A DNA stretch of 54,592 nt, counting the filler, from Streblomastix strix (Eukaryota): NCBI GenBank assembly GCA_008636045.1. It is 2 parts of 2 records of this genome, joined end to end, with 100 filler letters (N's around TTAATTAATTAA, not from the genome) between each part and the next. Parts side by side here need not be neighbours in the genome. Positions count along the whole stretch, not along the records: positions 1 to 27,279 come from SNRW01000147.1; positions 27,380 to 54,592 come from SNRW01000148.1. One strand, 5' to 3'. This document shows, piece after piece, positions 23,570 through 35,595 of this stretch (the first letter of the stretch is position 1; each line of letters starts with the position of its first letter). The notes under the pieces are model-generated. The model was not told where the DNA came from. It was given only the letters and a program-made list of their open reading frames with translations, and ran no database searches. The translations under genes were made by a program, and so were the position numbers.

Positions 23570-24795
23570 GAAGCATTTATTGATTGAACGAATAAAAGCA
23601 TGCACCTAAATTATATGTTAATTACATCTTTAATGCCCATGATGTTGTTGAGTCGGTAAACATTCAAATATCTCTAGTTACTAATGCTCCAATTAAAGTC
23701 TTTTGCCTTGATGCTATTGAAATAAGAAATACAGTTGTTGGTGGTGTTGGAGGAGTTATGGTGTTATCGATATTTCCAATTGTGCAACCATAAGTTGATG
23801 ATGAAATATGGATTTATGTTTTTGGTTGAAAATCAATCATTAAATGAAAAAAATTACCTATTCGAGCAAGTTTTAAATAATTGAATGTAATATTAAAATT
23901 TAAATTAATGATTAAGTTTATTATATCTTCTACTTATACTCCTCCTAATGAAGATAATAATTCATAATCTTCTATTTTCGAATATGCATCAATTTAATCA
24001 GATATATTTATTTTTTCATCGAGTAGGGCATCGACTTCAGTTTTATTGTACGCATCAATTTAGTCAGTAATATTCAATTTTAATGCTAACATCTCATCAT
24101 CTTCTGTCTTTGAATAACTATCTATAATATCTGCAATATTTGCTTTAAGGTCTAATTTTTCGTCTGTTTCTGTCATCGAATATACATCAATTAGCTCTGT
24201 TTTATCAGTTTTCAATAATAAGAGTGTATAATCTTCTGTTTTCGTGTAAGCATTTATTTAATCAAATATATTCAATTTATCGTCGAGTAGGGCATCAACT
24301 CCAGTTTTATTGTACGCATCAATTAGCTCAGTTTTATATGCCTTCAATAGCAACAGAGCATCATCTTCTTATTTAGTGTATGCATCGAATAAATCAGAAA
24401 TATTTAATTTTTTATCTAACATTTCATCAATTTCTTCACGATTATAAGGTTCTGGTGCTTTATTAATAATATTTATTAAATTTTCAATATTTTTGACCTT
24501 AATAATTAAGCCAATGGTATTATATCTAGTCGAACCATAAAGTATTCAGTTATGATTTAGAATAACATCAAGCATACATAAATCTCCGTCATTTTATAAA
24601 ATTATAGTAACTGGGTCATTTTCATGGCAGAAAACAATTTTTTGTTTTATTTACTATTTAAATATAGCACTTATAATGCTGTTCCCTGATCTAGTTATTA
24701 CTCTCAAATACTCGCTCTAGGCAAAGATATTGAGTTTTTTTTGCTGTTAATAAAATCTAAATATGTTATTTTAGTAAGATCGATGATCTATTCAT
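23570..24795 (-). pseudogene. Fibre/spike-like protein with eight 22-aa (66 bp) repeats and a C-terminal beta-rich head
   Basis: Repeats at ~23960-24452, e.g. AYTKQEDDALLLLKAYKTELID / AYNKTGVDALLDDKLNIFDQIN / SYSKTEDDEMLALKLNITDQID / AYNKTEVDALLDEKINISDQID. N-terminus in a shifted frame; 3' end abuts the MITE. Confidence 0.6.
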
Positions 24796-24899
24796 TTAAA
24801 TTTATATAACTCAAGTAAGTGAAGTGATTGAACAATTTTTGTCATCGAGAGATTCTTAATTTGATCAGCTAACATCAGAGAATTTTAGACGATTTGATA

Positions 24900-27100
24900 C
24901 AATTTCAACTCATGATTGAAGTGGTAATATGATTTTTTCTCCCTTTTCTGGATTTGAAAGGGTTGAAGATACAAGTTATCCATTTAAGAAATGAACGTGA
25001 AGCATTTATCTGAATCACTTGATTGTTAATTTTTTCGCCGTTTTAGCCAATTTTGTGCAATTGAACCTGTAATTTTTAAATATTAAAATATATTTATTAA
25101 TTATATTAATTAATATTTAAATTGTTTTCATACTACAAAAACTTATACTGGTTATCACCGCCAATTGCACGGCTTGCAATCAAGTCTGTCTCATTTTAAA
25201 AGAACTTTATCAACGAATCAATTGATGCTAAGCCATCCTTTGGGAGGCTCCTATTAAGTAGCCGTTAAAAAAACCGAATGCACTGTCGCATTCGTTTTTC
25301 CCATGAGATGGGATAAAGAAGTTTAAATCAAAAGTCAATCCTGAATTAAATTTTAATTATTCATTGTTTAATTAGAATGTTAGTTGTTCATTATGGAAGT
25401 GTGGCCCACAGTCAGACCACCACTTCACATAATTTATATTCTCAAAGTCTTGATCCGCTAAAATTTATTTAAAACATTTTAATGTGATGGATGCAGTATG
25501 TGTTAGGACTCTTTAAAATAATGTAAATACTCTCTTAAAAGTTTACCCTTACGTGGGACAAATGTGGCAGACAAAGGAGATGCAGCTTACAGGAAGTTGA
25601 TCGTAAAATTCCTTTCTCTCTTATTCTTTTCTCTATGGAAGCTTAATATGTTCCTTTTAGTCTGCAATAATCACTGCGTTACCTGGTTGAATGTTATATA
25701 TATTAGAATGCATTTGGTCTCGTTATTCTGCAGCTTATCATTTGTGCAATAGATACATTTAATAAAATGTTTTTCTGGTTCCTTGTAAATCATTTACAGT
25801 TTTACCTTCTTTATCAATTGCATATTTCAATTATAGAGCTGTATGACATATCTGGCATAAATCAGTACGATTCTTAAGTTGCTTAAAAAAATATTTCTTT
25901 CTATAGAAATTAGTTTCATTCAACGGTATTTTAAAAAAAATCATATTAATCATATAATGTATTTTACTCTTTGGACCGTAGCAAAATCGTTTTTCTGATA
26001 TAAATTAATAGTCGTCAATAAAGCACTCATTTGATTCATCAGGAACTTAGTTATAACGTCCACTTTGTAATAATTGAATGAATTGATGCGGATGTGAAGG
26101 TGAAACTGTAATAACTGTTTTAACTTATATAACAGGCTGTTGGAAGTCAGAATCGACATTGAGTGATGTTTGAGGTTCGAAAGAAGAAGTCTTATTTTCA
26201 CTCTATGTTTCAGTGATGGAGGTACAATCATTACTTTCAGTGCAGTTCTCTCCATATCTCCATGATTTTGCTTTTCTTCCTTTTATTTATGCAAGAGGAG
26301 ATGTTTCTTCAACTTATTTATCCATTAAAATTGAGGCATTTATATTTATATTATTTGTTTACTGTTGTTCTTATGATAAACTTTGTTTAACATCTTTAAT
26401 CATTTCTATTAAATCCATTTCTTACGATGGAATTTATTTCTTTGCTCATTGTTTACTAGATTTGATTAATTAACCCCTTAAACCTTTTCTTTATTTATTT
26501 GAATCTTTCTTATTTTATGTTTTAGTTTATTTAAGATCCAAATTATCTTTTTCGTATCCATCATGTTTTAAATCATCACACATACAATCTAACATTATTC
26601 TCTATTCTAATGCTCTCTTTTCTTATGTCATAAACTTTTAGTGATAATAATTTATTCAACTCTCCAATGCTTAATCTTCAATATATTCTTCAGTTTTTAC
26701 TAAATGAAAATAAAAAAATTTTAATCAAAATTTCATTAAATTAACAGAAACCTTTGTAAAAACTCGCATCTGCTGCTTCAACTGTTGTCATTTAATCTGT
26801 AATTCCTTTTTTTTTGAAGAATTTCACCTAAATTATAAAGTTACATCGAATAATTTTAACAATTTAAGAGAAATTTGTATTTCATTCATACCGTCCGAAT
26901 TATGTCCATCCGATGATTAATATGAGTTATTAACAATTATTGAATGAATAATCTTCAACTGATGGCAATCTAACGTATCTCCATTGATTGGAACTGATGT
27001 GTTTCTCTTTGTACTCCCATAATCTTCCTTCTATAATCGTTTTTTTGCTACTCTGTATTGAGCCCTTGGAGTAGTAGGCAAAAGAACCCCACTGCCCTAT
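24900..27100 (-). mobile_element. Sola-like DDD transposase gene with introns, probably degraded
   Basis: In order: RTDLCQIC (~25850), NAVIIADQKEHIKL..EFYDQ.PVSC (D1), VKWWSDCGPHFHN (D2, ~25410), FIPSHGKNECDSAFG (D3, ~25290). GT-AG introns at ~25068-25133, ~26700-26751 and ~26828-26891. Ends approximate; TIRs not identified. Confidence 0.6.
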
Positions 27101-27207
27101 GGAATTAAAACTTAAAAATAACGGAAAAACAATAGTGGATATAATCAATCGTGATAAAAAATGAAAATAATTTATGGGGTAAAATGAGTGAAAAATAAAT
27201 AATAAGA

Positions 27208-27250
27208 ATGATTTACGGATATGATTTATGGGAATGATTTACGGGAATGA
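27208..27250. repeat. Three tandem 13 bp repeats ATGATTTA(C/T)GG(AT/GA)
   Basis: atgatttacggat atgatttatggga atgatttacggga atga, just upstream of the Sola-like gene. Confidence 0.75.
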
Positions 27251-27279
27251 TGTTTATATATAATGTTGATATATAGAAT

Positions 27280-27379
27280 NNNNNNNNNNNNNNNNNNNNN
27301 NNNNNNNNNNNNNNNNNNNNNNNTTAATTAATTAANNNNNNNNNNNNNNNNNNNNNNNNNNNNNNNNNNNNNNNNNNNN
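27280..27379. other. Assembly gap (N run with a 12 nt ttaattaattaa island)
   Basis: N characters. Confidence 0.99.
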
Positions 27380-29070
27380 ATTCTTCTTCATCTATTTTCT
27401 TCTTTAAAGATTCAATTTCGCGTTCACTGACAGATTTAAACTGAACAGGAGCAGAAAGATCATTATGTATTAATTCTTTTTTCTATTAGTTTTGTACTGG
27501 AATAATATCTTTCTTGTTCTTCTTTTCCAATTCCAACTTTTTATTATCATCTTCATCATCATCAACTTCAAATGAAAGCAACTCCTTGTTCTTCACTGAT
27601 ATAAAAGGCCCCTTCTTTGAATCTCCAACGTTTTATCCTTTCTGTCCAGTAATTTTCTCTATTCTTACTTTGCTGCGGTTCATTTCATTTCTCACTTTCA
27701 GTCATATAGTAGGATTTTATCAGCTATCTTAACATAGGAAGAATAAAAAATATAATTTCAAAATTTAAACTAATAGCACAATGAGAAAATAGATTTTATA
27801 AATATTATTTTAAAACAATGATAATTTATGTTGGGTAATAAGATATTTGGTAATAAGAGTTATAATGTTAATATATGTTTATTTATGTTAATAATGAATG
27901 ATTTAATACAAATTATATAAACAAGTTAGGCAGAAAAACAGTGCACAAGTTTTGTGCATATTTCAATTTTAAAATTAGTTCATGACATCTGAAACAATAT
28001 TAGCAAATAGAAACTAATTTATAATATCAATATGATAAATAAAACATGTAAGCCAGCGACAAAATTATTGGAAATTGATTTTGAATTGACTCATTAAACA
28101 ATTATCAGCCATATTCAAGTTTCTTAGCTAACTATAATATTAAATAATATTTCAACTGAATTACAACTCAACTAGCTAAGAATCGTACGTTAATTTGCTT
28201 ATTCATTCCTATCATATCAACAACTGATTAAACTAATATTATCTTATTTTTCCAATTTCAATATGTTTATCTTAATAATTCATTTGATCAATAACTGTTT
28301 TAATTCTTAAATACCGTGAAATAGGCTGATTATTTATTTTAACAAAATTTATCAATTACACGCCCTGAATCATATAACAGAACTAAAATTGTTATTGATT
28401 AATTGCAAATACAAAATTATCTTTCTAGAAATTAACATACAATTGACAGATAATAATATAAATAAAGTTAAAATTCCTAATAATTTTTTTGTCCTTCATT
28501 TTCTATCAAAATCTTTCAAACAGTTATTATTTATAAAGCAATTTTATATTATTTTACATTCTATTGTATTTTCTACTGTAGTAAATGGCATAACCTCTTT
28601 CAAACGTTGATCTCCTTACTGCTCTTGGCGTAGATCCAAATACTTTGGACGAAAAATAGCAATAATCAGTAATAAATCTTCTTCGTGAATCTGCTAGACT
28701 ACTTGAGGATGCAAATTCTGGTTAAAATAAAGATTAAATTGAAAAATCACTTACAGCCAATCTCGATTAAAATGCAGCGAAAATAGCAGCAAAGAAATTA
28801 TTTGTTGATTAATGTTTGTTTTATTTCACATTTATTCATTTAATTATTGTTTCTTTTTAATCCTTTTAACTAAATATAAGAACAATCAAAAGATTTTGTT
28901 ACTTAGAAAGATTTAAAGCATTTGGAAGAAGAGATAGCATCTATAATCGCTGATGTTTGCTACAATCAAATTTATCTTTAGCACATTTCACCCATATTTT
29001 CTTTTTATGTATAGACTGCACAATCGTTGGAATTAGCTGCCTAGCCAATCTAACATTCACTTCTTTAACT
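27380..29070 (-). CDS. Partial multi-exon hypothetical host gene(s), truncated by the gap
   Basis: Coding-like exons NLHPQVVQQIHEEDLLLIIAIFRPKYLDLRQE (~28560-28720, GT-AG flanked) and MNRSKVRIEKITGQKG...KNKELLSFEVDDDEDD (27380-27700). Whether they belong to one gene is unresolved. Confidence 0.35.
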
Positions 29071-29413
29071 TTATTAAACTGATTGATTAAATTCTTTAAC
29101 AATAAATATTTTTATTTCGAAGTACTTTTATATAAAATAAGACTAAAAATTCAATTCAGAGTTTGACAAAAATATAGATTTTCTGTCTAGCTATAGTTTT
29201 TAATTCTTTTAAAATATGTTTATTTTAAATAACATATAATTCTAAAATATTGTATATTATACAAGCAAAATAATCATTTATACGTACCTAGAAAATTAAT
29301 GATAAATTTTTTGTAAATTAAATTGCTTAAATCACACCGAAAAAATAAAAATATATTTTTATATGTTAATAAATAATTATATCTTTTTTATTTCATTTTA
29401 TTTATTTTATTAG

Positions 29414-32400
29414 ATGGAAGCTTTAAAACAGAGCATATTATAACGAGGTTAGACTAATTTTTTTTAAACAAAAAGTTCTTATTATCTTTTCAGCCACAAA
29501 AAAGAGACGTGGTAGATATTCGCCGGTTCGTGAAAAAGCACGCATTTCATTTCAAACTATATCTTAAACAGATTCATCTAAGGATAATCAAGCAGATTCA
29601 TCGAGATTAATTATGATTAATGATAAGAAAAATGTATTATTTGCATAATATTTTTAATTGAAAATCTAAAGATATTCACATTTTTTATTCTTTTTATAAT
29701 ATTTTATCATAATAAGGATAAATTTATGCGTTCAGTTGAATAAGATTAGACAGATATAGTCAACGCTATTAGTATATTGAACACCTAAAGTTAACAAGGT
29801 CGTACGATTGACATAAATGAAAGATCTCAAAGTCAGAATGATTATAAAGAACCAGATATTAAACAGTAGGATGTTGAAAATCAGATCAAGGATATTATGA
29901 ATATTCTGGAGAACAAAGACAAAGACCAATATCAAAACATAATGATGGGATATGGATGAGGTTTGAATTTCTTTATTATTAATATATTATTTATTTCTTA
30001 TACATTTTAATCACAGCTTCCCCACCAAAGAAACCAAAAGCCAAATCTTCTCAAAGTGGATAGAGTACAAATTAGTCCAATCAAAGGAACAGATCAGATG
30101 GAAGATCAACGCCCACTTTGATGTCATCACAAGATACTCACATTAGCAGTTAATTGGACAATGGAATGAAAGGACAACAAAAGAACACATTAGCCGAGAA
30201 GAGGAGGCAGGTGAGTCATAGCGGAGTTCCCTGGATTAAGAAGATGAATAGGAATATAGACAACACACTAAGATATCTGAAGGATAACCCAGAAGAGAGG
30301 GAGAAATATGAACCAAGAATTGAGAATTACTTGGAGAAGTAGAAAGAGAAATATGAAAGAGAAAAAGAAGCTCTATTAAAAAGAAGAGAAGAGAAGTTAG
30401 ATGCTCAGTTTCTGAAGGAGAAAGAAAGATAATCAATGATTAAAGAAGCTTTATATCATAATCTTCCTCTTCCTGTTGAAGCTACTGAAGGATGAAAAAT
30501 AGACATATTTTCAATACAACCATCTTCATAATCATAATAATCTTAATATAGAGAAGATAAAGAATAAAATGAAAGTTTTGGAAAGAGAACACCAAGTCCA
30601 TTATTTTTGAATGATAATTAAAATATTTAATTAAAACCAAGTATATCTCCAGCTATTAATATACGAACTAATTCACAATAATAACAGACAATAAAGATTC
30701 AATAGTTGTAATAATAGTAAATATAATAACCTTTATATACGTAGTCACAATAACAGAAAAAGAAGTACGATACAAAACCATATAAATTAACATATGTTTC
30801 TAATTCGTATCATTCGCCAAGTACTTATTCACCCAATCGATCATCCAGATCTCCATCTCCAAATCAATAATAATAATAGAAGGATCTTTCTCCAACATAT
30901 ATTATGCATTAACCTTCATTTGTTGCTCTATAATATACAATGCAATCTCGTTCTAAATCTTCTCAAGATTAATATTCTAATAATAAGAAAGATTAGTAAT
31001 ATAACATCTAATAATAATAATAAAGATAACAATAATAATAAAGGTCATAAACATCCCAATCTGATCGACCTCCTCTTTCTCCTTTATTTGAATAAGCTGA
31101 TTAATAACAATTTCAAACTCAAACTCAATAACATTCACAGATCAATTCCTCCAATTAATAATAATAAACCTTTCCTTAAATACACCAACATTCTTCTTCT
31201 TCTTCTTCCTCTTCCTCTTAATCATCATCTTTATCATCATAATAGCAATGGGATAATACATGGAAGGAGAGTGAGCTATAATATATTGATGAGGAGAGCT
31301 AACAGAGCTAAAAAGAATAATAAAGTATTTTATTTAGTATGAATAAGGAGTAACTTGAGGAATATGAGAAGTAAAGAAAGATTAGAAAAAAGTAAGAAAG
31401 AAAAGAAAGGAAAATAAGAGAAAGAATGAGAGAGATAGAATTAGAGAAATAACAGAGAGAAGCTGCTGGTATTATGGCCAAGGATGAGAAGTTGAAGAAG
31501 ATGAAGGATTATGTATGTAATAGAATATTAATATATAATATGATGTTGATTAAAAAATTATTTAATTTTCTATTTAATTCACATTATTTGTAACTTCTTC
31601 ACACAATTTATATTTATTTCCTTTTTTTTTATTTTCAGTTCATTGAAAAATAAATAAGATAACATATAACGGCTTAAAGAAGAGTAGACTAAGAAAAATA
31701 AGAAATTTAAAAACTATCAATTGCAATGATTAGATATAACTAAATTGAGAAAAAAAGTGCAGTATGAGTGATAAGAACGAACGAAAATATAGAAAGTAAT
31801 AAACATAAGATTTTAATATTAATTATTTTAATATTATATTTTAATTAGCATGAACGTAGATTAAGATCAAATCCAGAAATATGGAAGAAAGCTAATTTAT
31901 TCAGAGAATGGGATGGTCTGATAAGGTAAATTATATTCATTGTACTCATAAAAGTTTCTTTCATCATTATTTTGTTTTATTTATATATGTATATCATTTA
32001 ATGATTTTAGACTTTATGCACGATTAGCTGCATGGGCAACTGCAACAAAAGAATATAAAGCTGTTTAATTGTATATCGAATTATAGGTACTAATATGCTA
32101 ACAATAAACTTTAGTAATTAAATTGAATATATAAATTATTTAATTATTTTATATTTATTTATTTATAATGAAATATTTTATTTAGTAAAAAAAGGAATTA
32201 ACTGCACAATCACAATGGCGCATATAAGTTTGCAAATATTAATTTATTTAATCATTTTTTTACAATATTTTTCGTACATTAATCTTTAATATTTCTGAAT
32301 TTAAATTATGAACGTACTCTTATATATAAAGGCAATGATATCACGTTCAAAATAATCATCGTAATAAATGGCCAATAATTTAGCTGATAATGTTATTTCA

Positions 32401-35065
32401 TATATTGTTGCTAGGTATTATAAATGAAAATGATTAATTGATGCAAATTTGAATTTGAATAACTATTTAACTTATTATTTTAGGAGAAGAGCAGAGAAGA
32501 CAAACTCAGCTATTACTGCCTTAGAATTCTTAAGACATGTGAAGAGATCTGGGGTTTGAATAATGAAAAATATGACATTTTCACTTATTATCTTTTTATA
32601 TATAATTAAAATATCAATAATTAGCATATGGTTGCCATGCTTAAGAAGTATCGATTCACAGTCATTTAAGCAGAAAAGTATATAGTTGAGTATCATAAGT
32701 ATGTTTCATAGAATTGAAGTGACTGAAATAAGAGAAAACAAGATAAACAACTTAAAGAATACTACATATTAATTGTTATATTTTATTAATTTTTGCTCTA
32801 ATCATATTTTTTCTTTCTCTTAATCACATTATTTAATTTTATGTTATAATATATTTTATAGAATCACAATGTGTAGAACAGAACTTCTACTTCTTCAATT
32901 TGATAATTATTGGGAAAAGAAAATTTAAGAAGTGTATTTTATTTTATATATAATTGTATAATGAAATAATTTTATTTATTATTCAATTGTATATTTATAA
33001 TTCAAATTTAATAGGATGTTAGAAGTGAATTAAAAAGATTGATTGACTTATGTGATGGTATTAATAATACAATATATTTTTATAATAAATTTATGACAAC
33101 ACCTTTTTCATTAATTTATATTAAATTGATTTTATTTAGGAAATCCCTAAAATGTTCTTCGTAAATATTTGAATAGTGTAAAAACAAGAACTGTAGAAGA
33201 AGTACTATAATATAAATTATAATTATTCGTTTATATATTTTTAAAATTTTTATTTCTCTCTATTATTTTATTTTTAACCTTAACAGCTAGCAATATTAAA
33301 TGGAGGAGGAGAATTGCCTCCATAAGGTTAAACATTATTTATTACTTAATTTATGTAATAATAATCATAGAAATATTGGATTATATTAATTATTTGTTTT
33401 TATTAATTTATTATACAATATTAATTAGAAGATATTTCAATACCAGAAGGAGGTTAAGGAATTGGAGGGAAACCAAAGAGATTTGAAGTATTAACTAATA
33501 ATAAATATTTGAGATTATTATTTTTATTCAGAATTTCCAATAAAATGACAGTTTTATTATTCTTTAATTATCATTAATTATAATAACTAAGGTTTGTGGA
33601 GGTCCAGAATTTATCTAATGGATAGCTGTTATGATTATTTAGTTGTAATTGAGGTAATTATTTGAAATTTAGATATCATATATATATAAAGAAAATATTA
33701 TACTTTGCATAATTGTTATTTGTTATTTATTATAATAATATAGTCGTCTTACAGCAACTGCTTTAGCTTAACTTCAGTAATCATAATAATCAAGTATCAA
33801 ATAATTATCTATATTAAACATATCTATTAATATGTTTTTTTATTATTTCATTATTGATATAAATAAATAGATAATTTATAAGAGAGTAGATATTAATTAA
33901 TTTAATCATAAGTAGCTTCTCAATTTACTATTCCAAAAAGGTTGGTATTTCAATGAAATATTTAGAACGAATAATAGAAGAATAAGAATTTCCCTATCTC
34001 TTTTTCTAATTTTTAAAGATGATAAAAATATATTACTATTTGTTTATGAATAGAATTCCGTCCTTTCCAGAGAAACTTAGAGTAAATTTAATTAGAGAGA
34101 AACTTGGATAGCATAGAAGAAAGTATTTAATTCTAATATTTATTTATAAACAAGATATAAATAAATAATTAACTGCTATTACTATTTATTATATTCAGGC
34201 ATGCATCTGGTATTGTAGAGATGGAATACCTTGAAGTATTAATCTTAGAAATTTTTGAAATATTTAATAATATAAGTGCATAAATTTTTATTCACATTTA
34301 TTATTATTATTCATTCTCGTCCATATTTTTATTAAATTAATATTTTAAATGTTATAAGGATGAATTTTTGAATGATGCAGATAAAAGAATGAAAAACTTA
34401 TTTAGTGAAATGGAAATGAATTCTATTATAGAGGTTTGCTGTTCATAATAATATTTATTTGAATAATCATTCACATTTTATTTATTGTTATAGAAAGCAA
34501 TTAAAATTCTTTTAAAATAAGAAGTTGCTCCATAATCATTCATGTTTACTGGAATGTAAACATTATTGCCAATATTAAGGTGTATTTAAGAATTTATATT
34601 TAATAAATTATTATTGTATTTATTTTAATTATTGTATGTATTATTTTCTTATTAATTTATATTAGATTAATGGATTCCCCTCTAATTCCATATATTACAA
34701 TTCCTATTGTAAAGCCAAAACCAGAAAAAAAGGGTGATGATGATGATGACGATGATGATGATAAAAGTAAGAAAAGTGGGGATAGCGATAATAATAATAA
34801 TAAAGGAAAAGACAATGACAGTGAGAAAGATAATTAATAAAATGCAGATGAAAATGAAAATTTATTGATCGAAAAAGATAAGGAAATTAAAAAAGATGAT
34901 GATATAAAAAAAGATGATGATAAAGAAATTGATAAAGAGAAATCGTTGAAATAGTAATAATCCGTAAGAAATGTTAATATTGAAGATGATAAAAAATCTA
35001 TAAATTCAAAAATGAGTAATCAAAATACTTAACGAGTATAGAAAATAGACGGGGAAATGAAGTGA
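29414..35065 (+). CDS. Large multi-exon hypothetical protein (Gln/Ser/Pro-rich low complexity, coiled coil, acidic C-terminus)
   Basis: About 20 GT-AG introns; long exon ~30018-31512 with Q runs encoded by TAA/TAG; later exons such as MLKKYRFTVIQAEKYIVEYHK/ITMCRTELLLLQFDNYWEK. In-frame TGAs at 30493 and 31765; terminal TGA 35063-35065. The ATG follows an AG and could be an internal exon start. Confidence 0.7.
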
Positions 35066-35595
35066 TTTTCATTATTAAGTTGATATTTGCTTTATTATCT
35101 GTTTATATCTAATAATTCATATATAACATAATGCTTCTTTTATTTTATCTTATTTTTCATTTCTTTTATTTTATTTCAAAAGAATGAATAAATTATATTA
35201 AATCAAATGATTTGATCTCCATTATTTAAAAAGGTTAATTTTTACTCTACCATGATATCAAATTAATAATTGAATAAACAATTGAGATTGTATTGCATTT
35301 CAAAAATAAATTTAATTTATTGTAAACATGAAGAAAACAAAAATTTTAATGAAAGAAAAGTTGATTTTAATAATAAAATAAAATGGTGATTATTAATTTT
35401 TGAACAATATTAACATAAATTAAAATTAATATATAAAAATAATATTTGTTGTTCATGAAATATAAAATAAAATAAATTTTAATAAATAAATTTATTAGTA
35501 AGAAAAAGATATAAGAACAAAATTTTACAACAAAAAGTCAGTCCAATTAAAGATGTAATGAATCTAATAATTCAACTTTCATTTATTCAATTTTA

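Larger units (their letters stand above)
11230..24795. mobile_element. Degraded endogenous Polinton/Maverick/adintovirus-like DNA virus
   Basis: Tightly packed intronless genes for pPolB pieces, rve integrase, A32-like ATPase, KilA-N, putative capsid and fibre proteins. Terminal inverted repeats not found; boundaries approximate. Confidence 0.85.

Noticed and set aside
23960..24452. CRISPR-like array
   Set aside because: The 66 bp period is an in-frame degenerate protein repeat with no repeat-spacer structure.
27380..27730. CWC27-like assignment from KNKELLSFEVDDDE
   Set aside because: Short low-complexity motif only; no cyclophilin domain seen upstream.
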